Shown here: in pieces, positions 49,811-59,096 of the stretch | Numbering within the stretch: position 1 is the stretch's first letter | Layout: every line of letters begins with the position of its first letter | Virus record (IMG/VR): IMGVR_UViG_3300021387_000032 | Coordinates: 2,463 to 66,462 of that record | Strand: one strand, 5' to 3' | From: a virus | DNA length: 64,000 nucleotides | The notes under the pieces: model-generated | Databases searched by the model: none | The model's input: the letters and a program-made list of their open reading frames with translations, nothing else | Told to the model about the DNA's origin: nothing | Translations under genes and position numbers: made by a program

Positions 49811-52800
49811 TTAGTTGGAATCACCTCTGTTAATCTTGATCAAGGCATATCGTCTGCCGTCATCATAGTTGCATACCCAGTCGTCTGCGTACATTTTTTC
49901 TTCATTTAATACAATCTCTCCACCGTAATAATGTCTTGTCATAATAGCCAGACAAGATACGAATCCTACCACGATTCCTACGATAAACATCAGAATATAA
50001 ATCACCGCAAGCATAAATTTCTCCTATTCCATTTATGAGGTTTGATACATTGATCGTTAAGACGGTCGATAGCTTCGAAATACTCATGGCTTTTGGCATA
50101 TAACCCCTTGCAATCGTAATAGTCGGCTATCAGAGCTGCTTTATAAAGTTGGATTATGATATGAATATCTTTCTCTCTGGCAAAACAAGAATCTATGTCG
50201 ATCATACATTTCTTAATGCCAAGTTTCTCGTCCAGGTTTTTGCGAGACGGAATATAACCGTTACATGCTCTGTGATATAGAGTATTTATCGGAATACCTG
50301 TTATTTCAGATGCGGTTTTTAAATCGACATACATATCCTCGCTCCTTTCTAATATTCATTTGCAAAAAGTAATGTCGTCCTACTGCGATCCGCTTCGGTG
50401 ATGATCAAAATATCACTGCCCTTGCGAAACCGGTAAGACGACACTATTTGGTCTCCGTATATTACAGCTTCATCGTTTGCTGCTTTGTCTTCCTTGTTCA
50501 CATTACCCCAGTTGCCATACATGTGTTTGTTAAAGGCATCGAGGCAAAAATATAAAAACGACTTATTGGACTCCATCTCGTTAAGTACTTTTGGAGTCGC
50601 AATAACTTCGCCCGATTCAAAGTTTCCAAGCATTATTTCTTTGCGTCCTTTCTATGCGCTAAAATGTTTATAATGTATGCTGATACACCGAACATTAAAG
50701 CTATGCCCGCTAATTTTTGTGTATTATCAATTCTCCGGTAAAGCATCTGGTTAACAATTCGCTGGCGATTAACCGTCTCAATAACTTCATCAATTGCCTC
50801 TCTTGCTTCCTCATCTACGTCCTGTCTGGCAAATATCCCGGAAGCAAGCTTAGCGTCTTTCGTAGTCCAAATTTTTTCGTTGTTCATTTAAGTTCCTCTT
50901 TCTTTTCTCTGATCATATTGTTCCAGGCTTTTCTTGCGACATTATCGTTCTCATGAGCAGTTCTAAATATCGCTTGAACAGAGGTATAAGGCAATTTTCG
51001 CGATAAAATCGGTCCTTTTGTGCCACACGCAGGACAAGTATACCAATCCTCTGTAAGAGTCCAACGATGACTTGGATGCCTCCCACACAGACATTTTTCA
51101 AGCGGTATCAGTTTCTCAGGCTTTTTCGATAAGTAATATCCAAGCTCTTTGCAATACTCCTTAAGATCTTCGTATGGAATATCTTTGATCGGATTGTTGT
51201 TATTCATTCATCTCCTCCTAAAATATCATCAAGCCAATCCTGATCTCCGAACCGGCGTGACATAAACAAGCCGTATTCCTCGTATACGTCATTTTGTTTT
51301 GCCAATCGTTCAAATATAACTCGCAGGGCTATATACTGAGCAACCGATAGCTTTGAAGATCCGGATTCTAAATTGCAAATATTTTGTCTTGAGAGTCCGA
51401 GAAATCTTCCAATAGCCGCACCTTTTACATTAACAAGACCGCGAATACGTTTCATTTCTTGCTGAAACTTAATTATTGTAGGATTGTCTTTAGTCATAAC
51501 TTCTACCTCGGTTTCGCTCCTTTCGAAAAAATATCATTCATCGTCAATGAGTTCTGATAACTCTTTTTCAAGATCGCCAATCTTACATTTTAATTGATTA
51601 ATTCGCTCCGTTTTTTCGAGTCTTTCAATACACGATTTGTCCATAAAGTCGTGCGTATTTATTTGGTATGTTTTATTGCGTTCTTTATCAATTCCGTAAT
51701 ATTTAAACGTGACAATATAACCACATAAATATGCGATTCTTACTATGTCATCAAAAGAAAAACTATTGCGTAGTATTTTGTTGTTGAAATACGTAATGGT
51801 TGTTCCTAAAAACATAGCCGCTTCTTTTCTGGAAATGTCAGAAGCCTTCAGCAATGATATGACTATATCTGATCGTGGACGATCGTTATATGTTATGCCA
51901 AATGTGGATAAGATTGGTACGTTAGGTAATGATTTGATCATCACAGCAGCTCCTTTTCAATAATGTAATAGCGTTTTGTTTCATGTTCGTCAGTTGAAGT
52001 TACTACAATCTCATATATGTGATCCAGAGCCTTTTCTTTTTCTAAAACTTCGACTTTAGGTTCATCTATCTCTCCAGGATCATATGGTTCCATAAGATCA
52101 ATCACAGCTTGATCAGCTAATTCTCGTGCCTTGTCTTTTGCTTTATCAACGGTAGAGCATACATCCATTAAATAATAAGATTCAGGATCGCCGCCATAAC
52201 TGCAATAATCTATCCAAATACATTCCATCACAACATATACTTTCATCGTATTACTCCTTTCTTTCAAAAAATTGTAGAAGTGATCTGATTTGATCGTGTG
52301 ATCTCCGCATTCCCTCAATTTGTTTCCTGAAAATATCATCATCGCAATTGAAATCTATCTTAATTGCAATAATGTCGTGTGGTTGATCATCGTTCATTCG
52401 TAATAGCGGCGACAATTCAAACGTAACAACTGCATCATCATCGAATATCCATCCCGCTTTCTCGAATGTTTTTATCGGATGCAAACCGAGTTCCATTAAT
52501 ACTTCATTTAAGAATAAATATCCCTGCCTTTTTAAAAGCACGTTGCAACGGTTTTCAATGTGACGCACAAACACCGCATTTCCATTTCCATCAGTCCAAT
52601 ACGGAGAGCTCTTGTCAAAGAATACTGAATATTTGTTTAATTCGATCATCTCTTTACTCCTTTACTTTAACGATAATATCCGGATTCCAGACGCAAATAG
52701 AGTCGACATCCCATGTATAAAAGATATTAATATCATGGAAGGTCTGCCAATCATTTGACAAAATTACTTCCATGGCATCGTAACGATCGTAGATCAAAGG

Positions 52801-53442
52801 AAGATTTAAACTATATACAGTCGTAATGAGTGTGTTGGCGTAATCGATCCTCCGATCCGCAATAAAATAATCAGTAGCGTCGCTCAACTTTTCAATTCTA
52901 AGAATTTTTGCTTCTGGTGATAACGTAAATTCAAACGATTCTTCAAGGCCCTCTAACCGAAACTCTTCGTTTTCACACCACTCTTTCCATCCGTATTTGG
53001 CATCTATTGGAGACGCCCATAAGCCGTTTGGTTTATCAAGCCTGCGATATTTCTTGTCACTGGTTACAGCTCGTTCAAGTCTTTGTTTATCGTAGTGGTT
53101 GGAACCGAAATGTATATAGCGATTGTTATTCATATTTACTCCTTTCGAAAAATATCTATTCATAATATTCTGCTAATTTAATCACTTTTTATCTAACTTA
53201 CTTTTTTTGTCAAATTCCTCGTCATCTTTACAATACATGGATTCTATAAACCAACAAAATACGGGATACTGTTTGTTCAATTCGATTGTTTTTATCATAA
53301 CTTCATAAGATGGATTTTCGCGTTCAACATTGGCTATTGCTTTTGTGGCAAGATTTTCGTCATTGTAAATTCCCACTAATTGAACGCTTGTTCCATAATC
53401 TTCCGTGTAAGCATCGACATATACTAAATATAATTTTTCCAT
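49811..53442 (-). other. Operon of ~11 small early genes, including HTH proteins (50002-50334, 51204-51497, 51534-51944), a conserved WG...IITEADRS protein (50349-50633) and a stand-alone DUF6353 C-terminal domain (52251-52649)
   Basis: Overlapping start/stop codons; HTH-like patterns. Confidence 0.65.
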
Positions 53443-53508
53443 CTCTTTACTCCTTTCAAAAATATAAAAAAGAGAGACTCATGATTTCTCACAAGTCTCT
53501 CCGTAGGG

Positions 53509-53763
53509 TTATGCCCCGATTACTCCTAACCTTTTAAGTTCGATAAGTGCCACCTTGAAATTATCTAAATTTTCTCCTTTAAGACCGCCCTTACTTTTTG
53601 AATTATCTACCGCCTGCAAAGCATGATTCAGCCAAATCAGAGCATCAATTACATCAACGTACTCTTTATTGTTGAATCGGTCTTTACCTTCGTCCGATAA
53701 CTTCTTTTCCTTTTCCATCAGCTGGTCCTGGAGTTCTTTTAAAGTTTTCAGATTTACAGTCAT
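53509..53763 (-). CDS. Cassette 7 ORF
   Basis: RBS GGAGGTG. Confidence 0.7.
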   Translation of the reverse strand: MTVNLKTLKELQDQLMEKEKKLSDEGKDRFNNKEYVDVIDALIWLNHALQAVDNSKSKGGLKGENLDNFKVALIELKRLGVIGA

Positions 53764-53888
53764 AGTCACACCTCCGTCAAAAAATATAAAAATAATACAG
53801 GACTCTTCCTGCATAATAGAAACTGTATTTTTTGCGAACGGAGAAAATCAAAAGGATTTGCAACGCTTACGCAAATCCTCGTATTACC

Positions 53889-54161
53889 TTATGATAACTT
53901 AGTCGGCGCTATAGAAATTACAATTGCTCTACCGATGTCGATCAAAATATCATCATTCATATCGAAATGAAACTCGTAGGAATGATAGTTATCCTTTATC
54001 GTCTGTACGAGTGTTGATTGCTCGTTCTCAGCCAATACAGTGACCACTATCCTTCTTGTGAGTTTCGATTCGAGTATGATAATATGATACTCATCTAACT
54101 CAGTAGTTATCATTGTTTCTGTTACTCCAACGTGCTTTCTTGGTAATTCGAAAAATTTCAT
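53889..54161 (-). CDS. Cassette 8 ORF, paralog of 57089-57349
   Basis: Shared leader DNA and protein pattern. Confidence 0.7.
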   Translation of the reverse strand: MKFFELPRKHVGVTETMITTELDEYHIIILESKLTRRIVVTVLAENEQSTLVQTIKDNYHSYEFHFDMNDDILIDIGRAIVISIAPTKLS

Positions 54162-54269
54162 AATTTCCTCCTTTTGATTACCACAAAATATCTTTTGTCG
54201 TAAAAGAGGCTGTAAATTATGCGAAAATACCCTAAAACACTCTAAAATACCCTAAAATCAGCCAAAATC

Positions 54270-54370
54270 GCCGAGAAGCCACTTAATAGCCCCATAGAGC
54301 GATTTATGTGCTTTTTCGACCCGTAGGTTCTGTTTTAAATTAACTCGCCTTAAATCGCCTCTCAGAGCCT
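54270..54370. repeat. Intergenic palindromic element, copy 3 of 3
   Basis: gccccatagagcgattta ... taaatcgcctctcag. Confidence 0.6.
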
Positions 54371-54470
54371 CGTTTTTCAACTACTTCCCTAAATTTTGCA
54401 TGATTTCCGGCAAAAACAAAGAGAACCTGCAAAATATCACAGATTCTCTACGATTTTTCATGTTACTTTT

Positions 54471-54740
54471 TTATTTCTCTTCGCACAATTTCGAAACCGC
54501 TGCCACTATCATATTATAAATAATACAGATTTCTTCATCGTCCAGAGAATCAACCGTTTTTCTGATAATAGCGCCTGCTTCTTTATAGTAGTCTTCAACG
54601 TTTTCGTCAAAAACTCTTTCCAAAAGAATACGGCACACAATATGATCGCTGGTAAAACTCTCTTTCATATACTTCAGAAATGTTTCGTTTACCATAATAT
54701 AGGTAGACGTTGCTTCTAATGTGTCTTTGAGATTTTTCAT
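54471..54740 (-). CDS. Cassette 9 ORF
   Basis: RBS; cassette context. Confidence 0.7.
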   Translation of the reverse strand: MKNLKDTLEATSTYIMVNETFLKYMKESFTSDHIVCRILLERVFDENVEDYYKEAGAIIRKTVDSLDDEEICIIYNMIVAAVSKLCEEK

Positions 54741-54845
54741 TTTTTACTCCTTTCAAATAGCATGAAATAATTCTCATAATAGAAGCTGTATTATTTGCGA
54801 AAAAGAAAAGAGAACCTGCAAAATATCACAGATTCTCCTGTCTGG

Positions 54846-55103
54846 CTAATGCTTTCTTCTCTCAGCTCTTATTTTCTGTACCATTCTCCTCCACTCAATA
54901 TATGGTTTACCTTTCAAAGAACCCGCCTTATGTTTTGAAATAAGCAAATATCCTTCCGGGCATTTTCTGAAATAGAAATCCTTTATTTGTAGAACTTTGC
55001 AATGTTCTAACATTGTTTTGGCTCTCTTCATTTCCTCTTTATCCCTAAGTGTGATATAATACCTATTACATCTCAGTCCAAGTCTTTCTCCAGTAGTTTT
55101 CAT
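54846..55103 (-). CDS. Cassette 10 ORF (basic)
   Basis: RBS; cassette context. Confidence 0.7.
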   Translation of the reverse strand: MKTTGERLGLRCNRYYITLRDKEEMKRAKTMLEHCKVLQIKDFYFRKCPEGYLLISKHKAGSLKGKPYIEWRRMVQKIRAERRKH

Positions 55104-55226
55104 ATCAAGCTCCTTTTAAAATATAACTGTAACTATTAGCCATAAAAGAGCTTGTAAAATCTGCGAAAGACTGGACAAAACCAAAGAGAGCCTGTAGACT
55201 CTGCTACGGGCTCTCCGGTTAGATTT

Positions 55227-55448
55227 CTACTTAATTACTGTCTCAGTGCCATCCCGTGCAATAAACTTATTTTCGATTTCGAAATTGACTCCTTTCTTGA
55301 TGATTCGATTTGTTGCTACGGTCGTGCCAATGATTGATCCAATAAGTCCTGCTAAGCAGCACCATGCTCCAATACCGGCCATTCCTACTAATAAAATACG
55401 ATCATCACTTTCCATAGAGTTCCATTTCTTCTTCAACTTCTTAATCAT
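55227..55448 (-). CDS. Cassette 11 ORF, single TM
   Basis: RBS; cassette context. Confidence 0.7.
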   Translation of the reverse strand: MIKKLKKKWNSMESDDRILLVGMAGIGAWCCLAGLIGSIIGTTVATNRIIKKGVNFEIENKFIARDGTETVIK

Positions 55449-55510
55449 TTTTGACTCCTTTCAGTAAAGTAAATATAACCTTTCATAATAGGAGCTGTAT
55501 TATTTGCGGA

Positions 55511-55735
55511 TCATTCGCGAGTCTCTACCCTGACAACCACTTTCTTGGATGTCTTGAGTTCACGCATATCCTTGGATAGTTCGAGCATCAGATAGTCATT
55601 TCCTTCTTCATCTGGGTATATCTTGATGACTCCCACATCCTTAACACCTTTTTTTCGTCCTAAAATATAACCAAAGCCGAACCATACAATCACCACTGCG
55701 ACGTATATAATCCCTGTAAGTGCTACGTTACTCAT
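55511..55735 (-). CDS. Small membrane protein
   Basis: N-terminal TM. Confidence 0.65.
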   Translation of the reverse strand: MSNVALTGIIYVAVVIVWFGFGYILGRKKGVKDVGVIKIYPDEEGNDYLMLELSKDMRELKTSKKVVVRVETRE

Positions 55736-55736
55736 A

Positions 55737-56069
55737 TCATGCTCCTTTGTGTGCTATAAGCTGAGCTGCGCGGTTCTTGATCTTCTCATCATATTTGAAG
55801 TCAAAGCCCGTGCTCCCGTCAAATCCGTCAAATTCCTTGTAATATGGTGCTTTCTTTGAAATATCAGGAAATTCCTGTGAAAGCCATACCAGTTCCTTAG
55901 CCCACTGAGACCACTGAGCGTCACTTACAACACTATCGTCCATCTCGTAGTAAATATAACTATGTACCAGGATCTGACGGCGTCTCTGGGAGATCTTTGC
56001 AAGTATTGCTTCGTCCCGATCCTCATAAATATCATTGTCAAGTAGTTTGTCTAAATCGAGTTTTGTCAT
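55737..56069 (-). CDS. Stand-alone NAD-dependent DNA ligase N-terminal (domain Ia)-like protein
   Basis: HSYIYYEMDDSVVSDAQW resembles LigA H...YY..D.P.ISDAEYD. Confidence 0.6.
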   Translation of the reverse strand: MTKLDLDKLLDNDIYEDRDEAILAKISQRRRQILVHSYIYYEMDDSVVSDAQWSQWAKELVWLSQEFPDISKKAPYYKEFDGFDGSTGFDFKYDEKIKNRAAQLIAHKGA

Positions 56070-56182
56070 TTTCTTCCTCCGGGAATTTTCCCTAATACTA
56101 AAATATCACCTGTTACGGTCTCCTGCGTACGGCAAAAACAAAAAGAGACCCGTGAGTTGTCTCACAAGTCTCCCAGAAAATA

Positions 56183-56419
56183 TCATTCGTATCTTACTAC
56201 AAGTCTGTGCCCTTCTTCAAAATCTTTATAAAGTGCCCCATATTCTTTGGATTCGTTTGCAAGCCATTTGAGATGCTTCTCTATAGTGTCATGTTTTATC
56301 GCTCTTAATAGAAGCTTTCCTCCGGCCCATATACCCATGAGTCCAAATATTTTATAGAGCGCATATTTTCCGTTCTCTTGTTCCATCGCACGTTTTCTTT
56401 CCTCTTGTTTTGTAGTCAT
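56183..56419 (-). CDS. Cassette 12 ORF
   Basis: RBS AAGGAGG. Confidence 0.7.
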   Translation of the reverse strand: MTTKQEERKRAMEQENGKYALYKIFGLMGIWAGGKLLLRAIKHDTIEKHLKWLANESKEYGALYKDFEEGHRLVVRYE

Positions 56420-56518
56420 GCTAACCTCCTTGTTAATTAGAATGATAATGTTCCATAAGAGTGTTTGTAAATTTTGCTAATCAGGTGGACTACTCACATG
56501 CGAAATAATTTGATAATT

Positions 56519-56701
56519 CTAATAATATATTTCACGTAACCACACTCTGTTATCGCCGTCTGGTCCTTGTACGTCAACAAGTTCGTGTTCGTCACAGATA
56601 AGATCGTGAGAAATCATTACTATTGCTTCCTTTGGTAATTCAGTTAGTAGTTCAATTAATTCTTTTACTGTCATGGGTTTCCTCCTAAAATAGTATGACA
56701 A
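56519..56701 (-). CDS. Small hypothetical protein (MTVKELIELL type; true start probably internal)
   Basis: Common phage motif; RBS GGAGG. Confidence 0.6.
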   Translation of the reverse strand: MSYYFRRKPMTVKELIELLTELPKEAIVMISHDLICDEHELVDVQGPDGDNRVWLREIYY

Positions 56702-56762
56702 GAATCATTTGCTAAAAGAAAAAGAGACCTACAAAATCGTAGATCTCTTTCGCTGCTGCGGA

Positions 56763-56987
56763 TCAGCTATGCACGGAACACCAAGTGGTTACCAAATCAT
56801 CGTCATCCGGATGATGGTTTCCGATTCTACGGTTGTACATACACGTTCCTTCAGTGCCATAGCCATGAGGACAAGGCATTTTACACCTTGAGTACTCACT
56901 GTCCATGTCTGAAACACGGATGTATTCTCCGATTTTCTCATTGAAAACCGTTCCGGCGTAGATGTAGATATCTTTTCCGTTTATCAT
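56763..56987 (-). CDS. Cassette 13 ORF, Cys/His-rich
   Basis: RBS AAAGGAGGTGA. Confidence 0.7.
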   Translation of the reverse strand: MINGKDIYIYAGTVFNEKIGEYIRVSDMDSEYSRCKMPCPHGYGTEGTCMYNRRIGNHHPDDDDLVTTWCSVHS

Positions 56988-57088
56988 AATCTGATCACCT
57001 CCTTTCGTCCATTAAAGAGCCTGCAAATTTTGCGGATAGAGAAAAGCCAAAAGGAGCTGCTATGAATATAACAACTCCTTATAAGTCC

Positions 57089-57349
57089 TTAGATCTTCTC
57101 GATTTCGATCAAGATTTCTCTCTCATACACAAATATTCTTATAGTGTCTTTTTCGAATTCGAATGTAAAAACGTTTCCATAATGCTTGCCGATCTTGTCC
57201 GAGAGGGTCGATACCTCTGTCGGTCCAAATATCGTGACCATCACGCGATCGTACAATTCGCTCGAATCAGATATCACTATCCAATATGTTCTGTCTTCCA
57301 TTGAAATCTCGACTTCACGAGTGTTTTTTGGAACTTTAATTGTGTTCAT
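57089..57349 (-). CDS. Cassette 14 ORF
   Basis: RBS; paralog of the cassette 8 ORF. Confidence 0.7.
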   Translation of the reverse strand: MNTIKVPKNTREVEISMEDRTYWIVISDSSELYDRVMVTIFGPTEVSTLSDKIGKHYGNVFTFEFEKDTIRIFVYEREILIEIEKI

Positions 57350-57399
57350 TTTAGTCCTCCTTTTGACTACAAAATATCTTTGTCGTAAAAGGACCTGTA

Positions 57400-57807
57400 T
57401 TATTTGCGAGCCCTACTCAAAAGCCAAAAGAAGCGTCTATATAAGTCGTAATATTTGTCTTTTCCACACGGTACAGGACTTCTTGCATTAAGCTTGTCGA
57501 ATGATAGTCCTTCCGTAACTCCGGTTAAAATATAACTTCCTATGACCTGGTCTGTACGCTTGGCAGCCTCTTCTATCATCTGAATACGGTCTGAGTAAAA
57601 CATCCGTTTAAGAGCTGTCTTTTCAGTACTGCTTGAGGTTGTTTTCTCACCTGGGGTTATTATTGATGAAGTATTAATCCCATCCAAAATATCACGCTTT
57701 TTCTTCCACAAATTGTATTGCAGACAGAAATGCTTAAGCTCGTAATACCTGTGCTTGTCGATCCAGTAAGGGTTCTTCTTTGAGACTTCTGCTCGAATAT
57801 CACTCAT
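57400..57807 (-). CDS. Conserved putative transcriptional regulator (ArpU/RinA-like)
   Basis: KHRYYELKHFCLQY...YRRFFWLL. Confidence 0.55.
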   Translation of the reverse strand: MSDIRAEVSKKNPYWIDKHRYYELKHFCLQYNLWKKKRDILDGINTSSIITPGEKTTSSSTEKTALKRMFYSDRIQMIEEAAKRTDQVIGSYILTGVTEGLSFDKLNARSPVPCGKDKYYDLYRRFFWLLSRARK

Positions 57808-58055
57808 CGTCCTTCTCCTTTCCAAAAGAATCCTGTTTCCTCGTACAAAAGCTTCGGGGAAATATAAAAATTGATGCGCCCGAATCTGCTGTCGATCTGA
57901 TCTACGCTTGTGACGAGTTCTCCGTTCCTGGTAGCTTTCCCAATCGGCAGCCAGCCAGCAATGATTCCGGCTCTTACCCACGAAGCGTCTTTACCATATA
58001 CCTTTGCAACAACCGATACCGGCACTGAACCTTGTGTGAATTCCTGCATTTGCAT
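57804..58055 (-). CDS. Winged-HTH excisionase / Cro-like protein
   Basis: VPVSVVAKVYGKDASWVRAGII. Confidence 0.55.
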   Translation of the reverse strand: MQMQEFTQGSVPVSVVAKVYGKDASWVRAGIIAGWLPIGKATRNGELVTSVDQIDSRFGRINFYISPKLLYEETGFFWKGEGR

Positions 58056-58140
58056 TTACCTCCTTCTAAGAGGCATTGTATAACAGTAATCAGAAAATAT
58101 AAAAAAGAAACAGGTGGGGTTTAGTTAAGGACAAAAAGAA

Positions 58141-58211
58141 AAGAAATTGTTGGGATTCGAACCCAAGTCTCATAACCGAAGTTATGCGTGTTCCCACTAC
58201 ACCACATTCTT
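58141..58211 (-). ncRNA. tRNA-like RNA with a C(UUCG)G tetraloop in place of the anticodon loop (cassette 15)
   Basis: D arm GTGT-AGTGGGA-ACAC; arm CATAAC-TTCG-GTTATG; T arm TTGGG-TTCGAAT-CCCAA; imperfect acceptor stem; no encoded CCA. Confidence 0.75.
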
Positions 58212-58287
58212 TCCATAATAGAACCTGCAAATTTTGCGAATTTTAGAAAAGAAAAAGAGCCCTACAAAGTTGTAGAGCTCCGTTCTC

Positions 58288-58536
58288 TCAAACGCCCCAT
58301 ATAGCGTATCTGTAAGGGACGCAGAAATCATGGATATCTTTCTGAATCTTTTTCAGCTTTCTTCTGGTTGCGAAGAAAGTGATTTTATAGCTTGTCCCAT
58401 CCTCTGTCATACGGGCTAATTCAACCCCGTTATAATAAAGGATCATACAAACCTTATCCATCTCTTCTTCATCAACCCAGATGTTGCTGTCCATATCTTC
58501 CCAATATCTTTTTAATTCTGCTATTAATTTACCCAT
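58288..58536 (-). CDS. Cassette 16 ORF
   Basis: RBS AGGAGG. Confidence 0.7.
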   Translation of the reverse strand: MGKLIAELKRYWEDMDSNIWVDEEEMDKVCMILYYNGVELARMTEDGTSYKITFFATRRKLKKIQKDIHDFCVPYRYAIWGV

Positions 58537-58628
58537 TTCATACCTCCTATTTATCTGGTTATCGTTTGCATAAGAGACTCTGTATTTTTTGCGAAGAATA
58601 TCGCTTGAATAAAAAAGAAAAGAGGCGG

Positions 58629-58772
58629 TTAACCTCTCTTCCTAAAGTCTTCGCTAACTTTTCCAATAATACACAAACATGCTATAGTTGCCGATAGATA
58701 GACCATAAAATATCCGGCTGTTTTAAGTCCTAATTTCATGATCCACCACAACACTTTAAACATTGTTCTCAT
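58629..58772 (-). CDS. Cassette 17 ORF (47 aa, hydrophobic, not in ORF track)
   Basis: MRTMFKVLWWIMKLGLKTAGYF..., RBS GAAAGGAG. Confidence 0.65.
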   Translation of the reverse strand: MRTMFKVLWWIMKLGLKTAGYFMVYLSATIACLCIIGKVSEDFRKRG

Positions 58773-58847
58773 ATTAATCACTCCTTTCCATTAAAGAGTC
58801 TGTATCTTTTGCGGAAAAATATCCCGGACAAAAAGAAAAGAGAAGCA

Positions 58848-59075
58848 TTAAAGCTCCTCCACTCTTCTCCAATACGGATCTCTTGTTGCGTATTCAATCC
58901 GGTATTTTGCTATTCTTCCACAGTCCTTAGCTGCGGTTGTCGCTACACTTGCAACACCGATGATACCATTGAGCACCGCGTAAGATTCCATAATCTTCGC
59001 AGCGCCGTAGTTCACGGTTGCTTTGAATGCGATTCCGCCGATTTCTTTTCCTGCTTCTTTAATAATATTCAACAT
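58848..59075 (-). CDS. Cassette 18 ORF
   Basis: RBS GGAGG. Confidence 0.7.
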   Translation of the reverse strand: MLNIIKEAGKEIGGIAFKATVNYGAAKIMESYAVLNGIIGVASVATTAAKDCGRIAKYRIEYATRDPYWRRVEEL

Positions 59076-59096
59076 TTTTCTACCTCCAAATATTTA

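Noticed and set aside
58141-58211. Functional tRNA-Arg(UCG)
   Set aside because: The anticodon loop is not 7 nt and the acceptor stem is mismatched; reported as tRNA-like instead.
47243-58860. Cassette hairpins as classical integron attC sites
   Set aside because: No RYYYAAC/GTTRRRY ends, mismatches are G-U type and followed by U tracts, and the integrase looks like a phage Int with arm sites, not IntI. Only the architectural analogy is kept.
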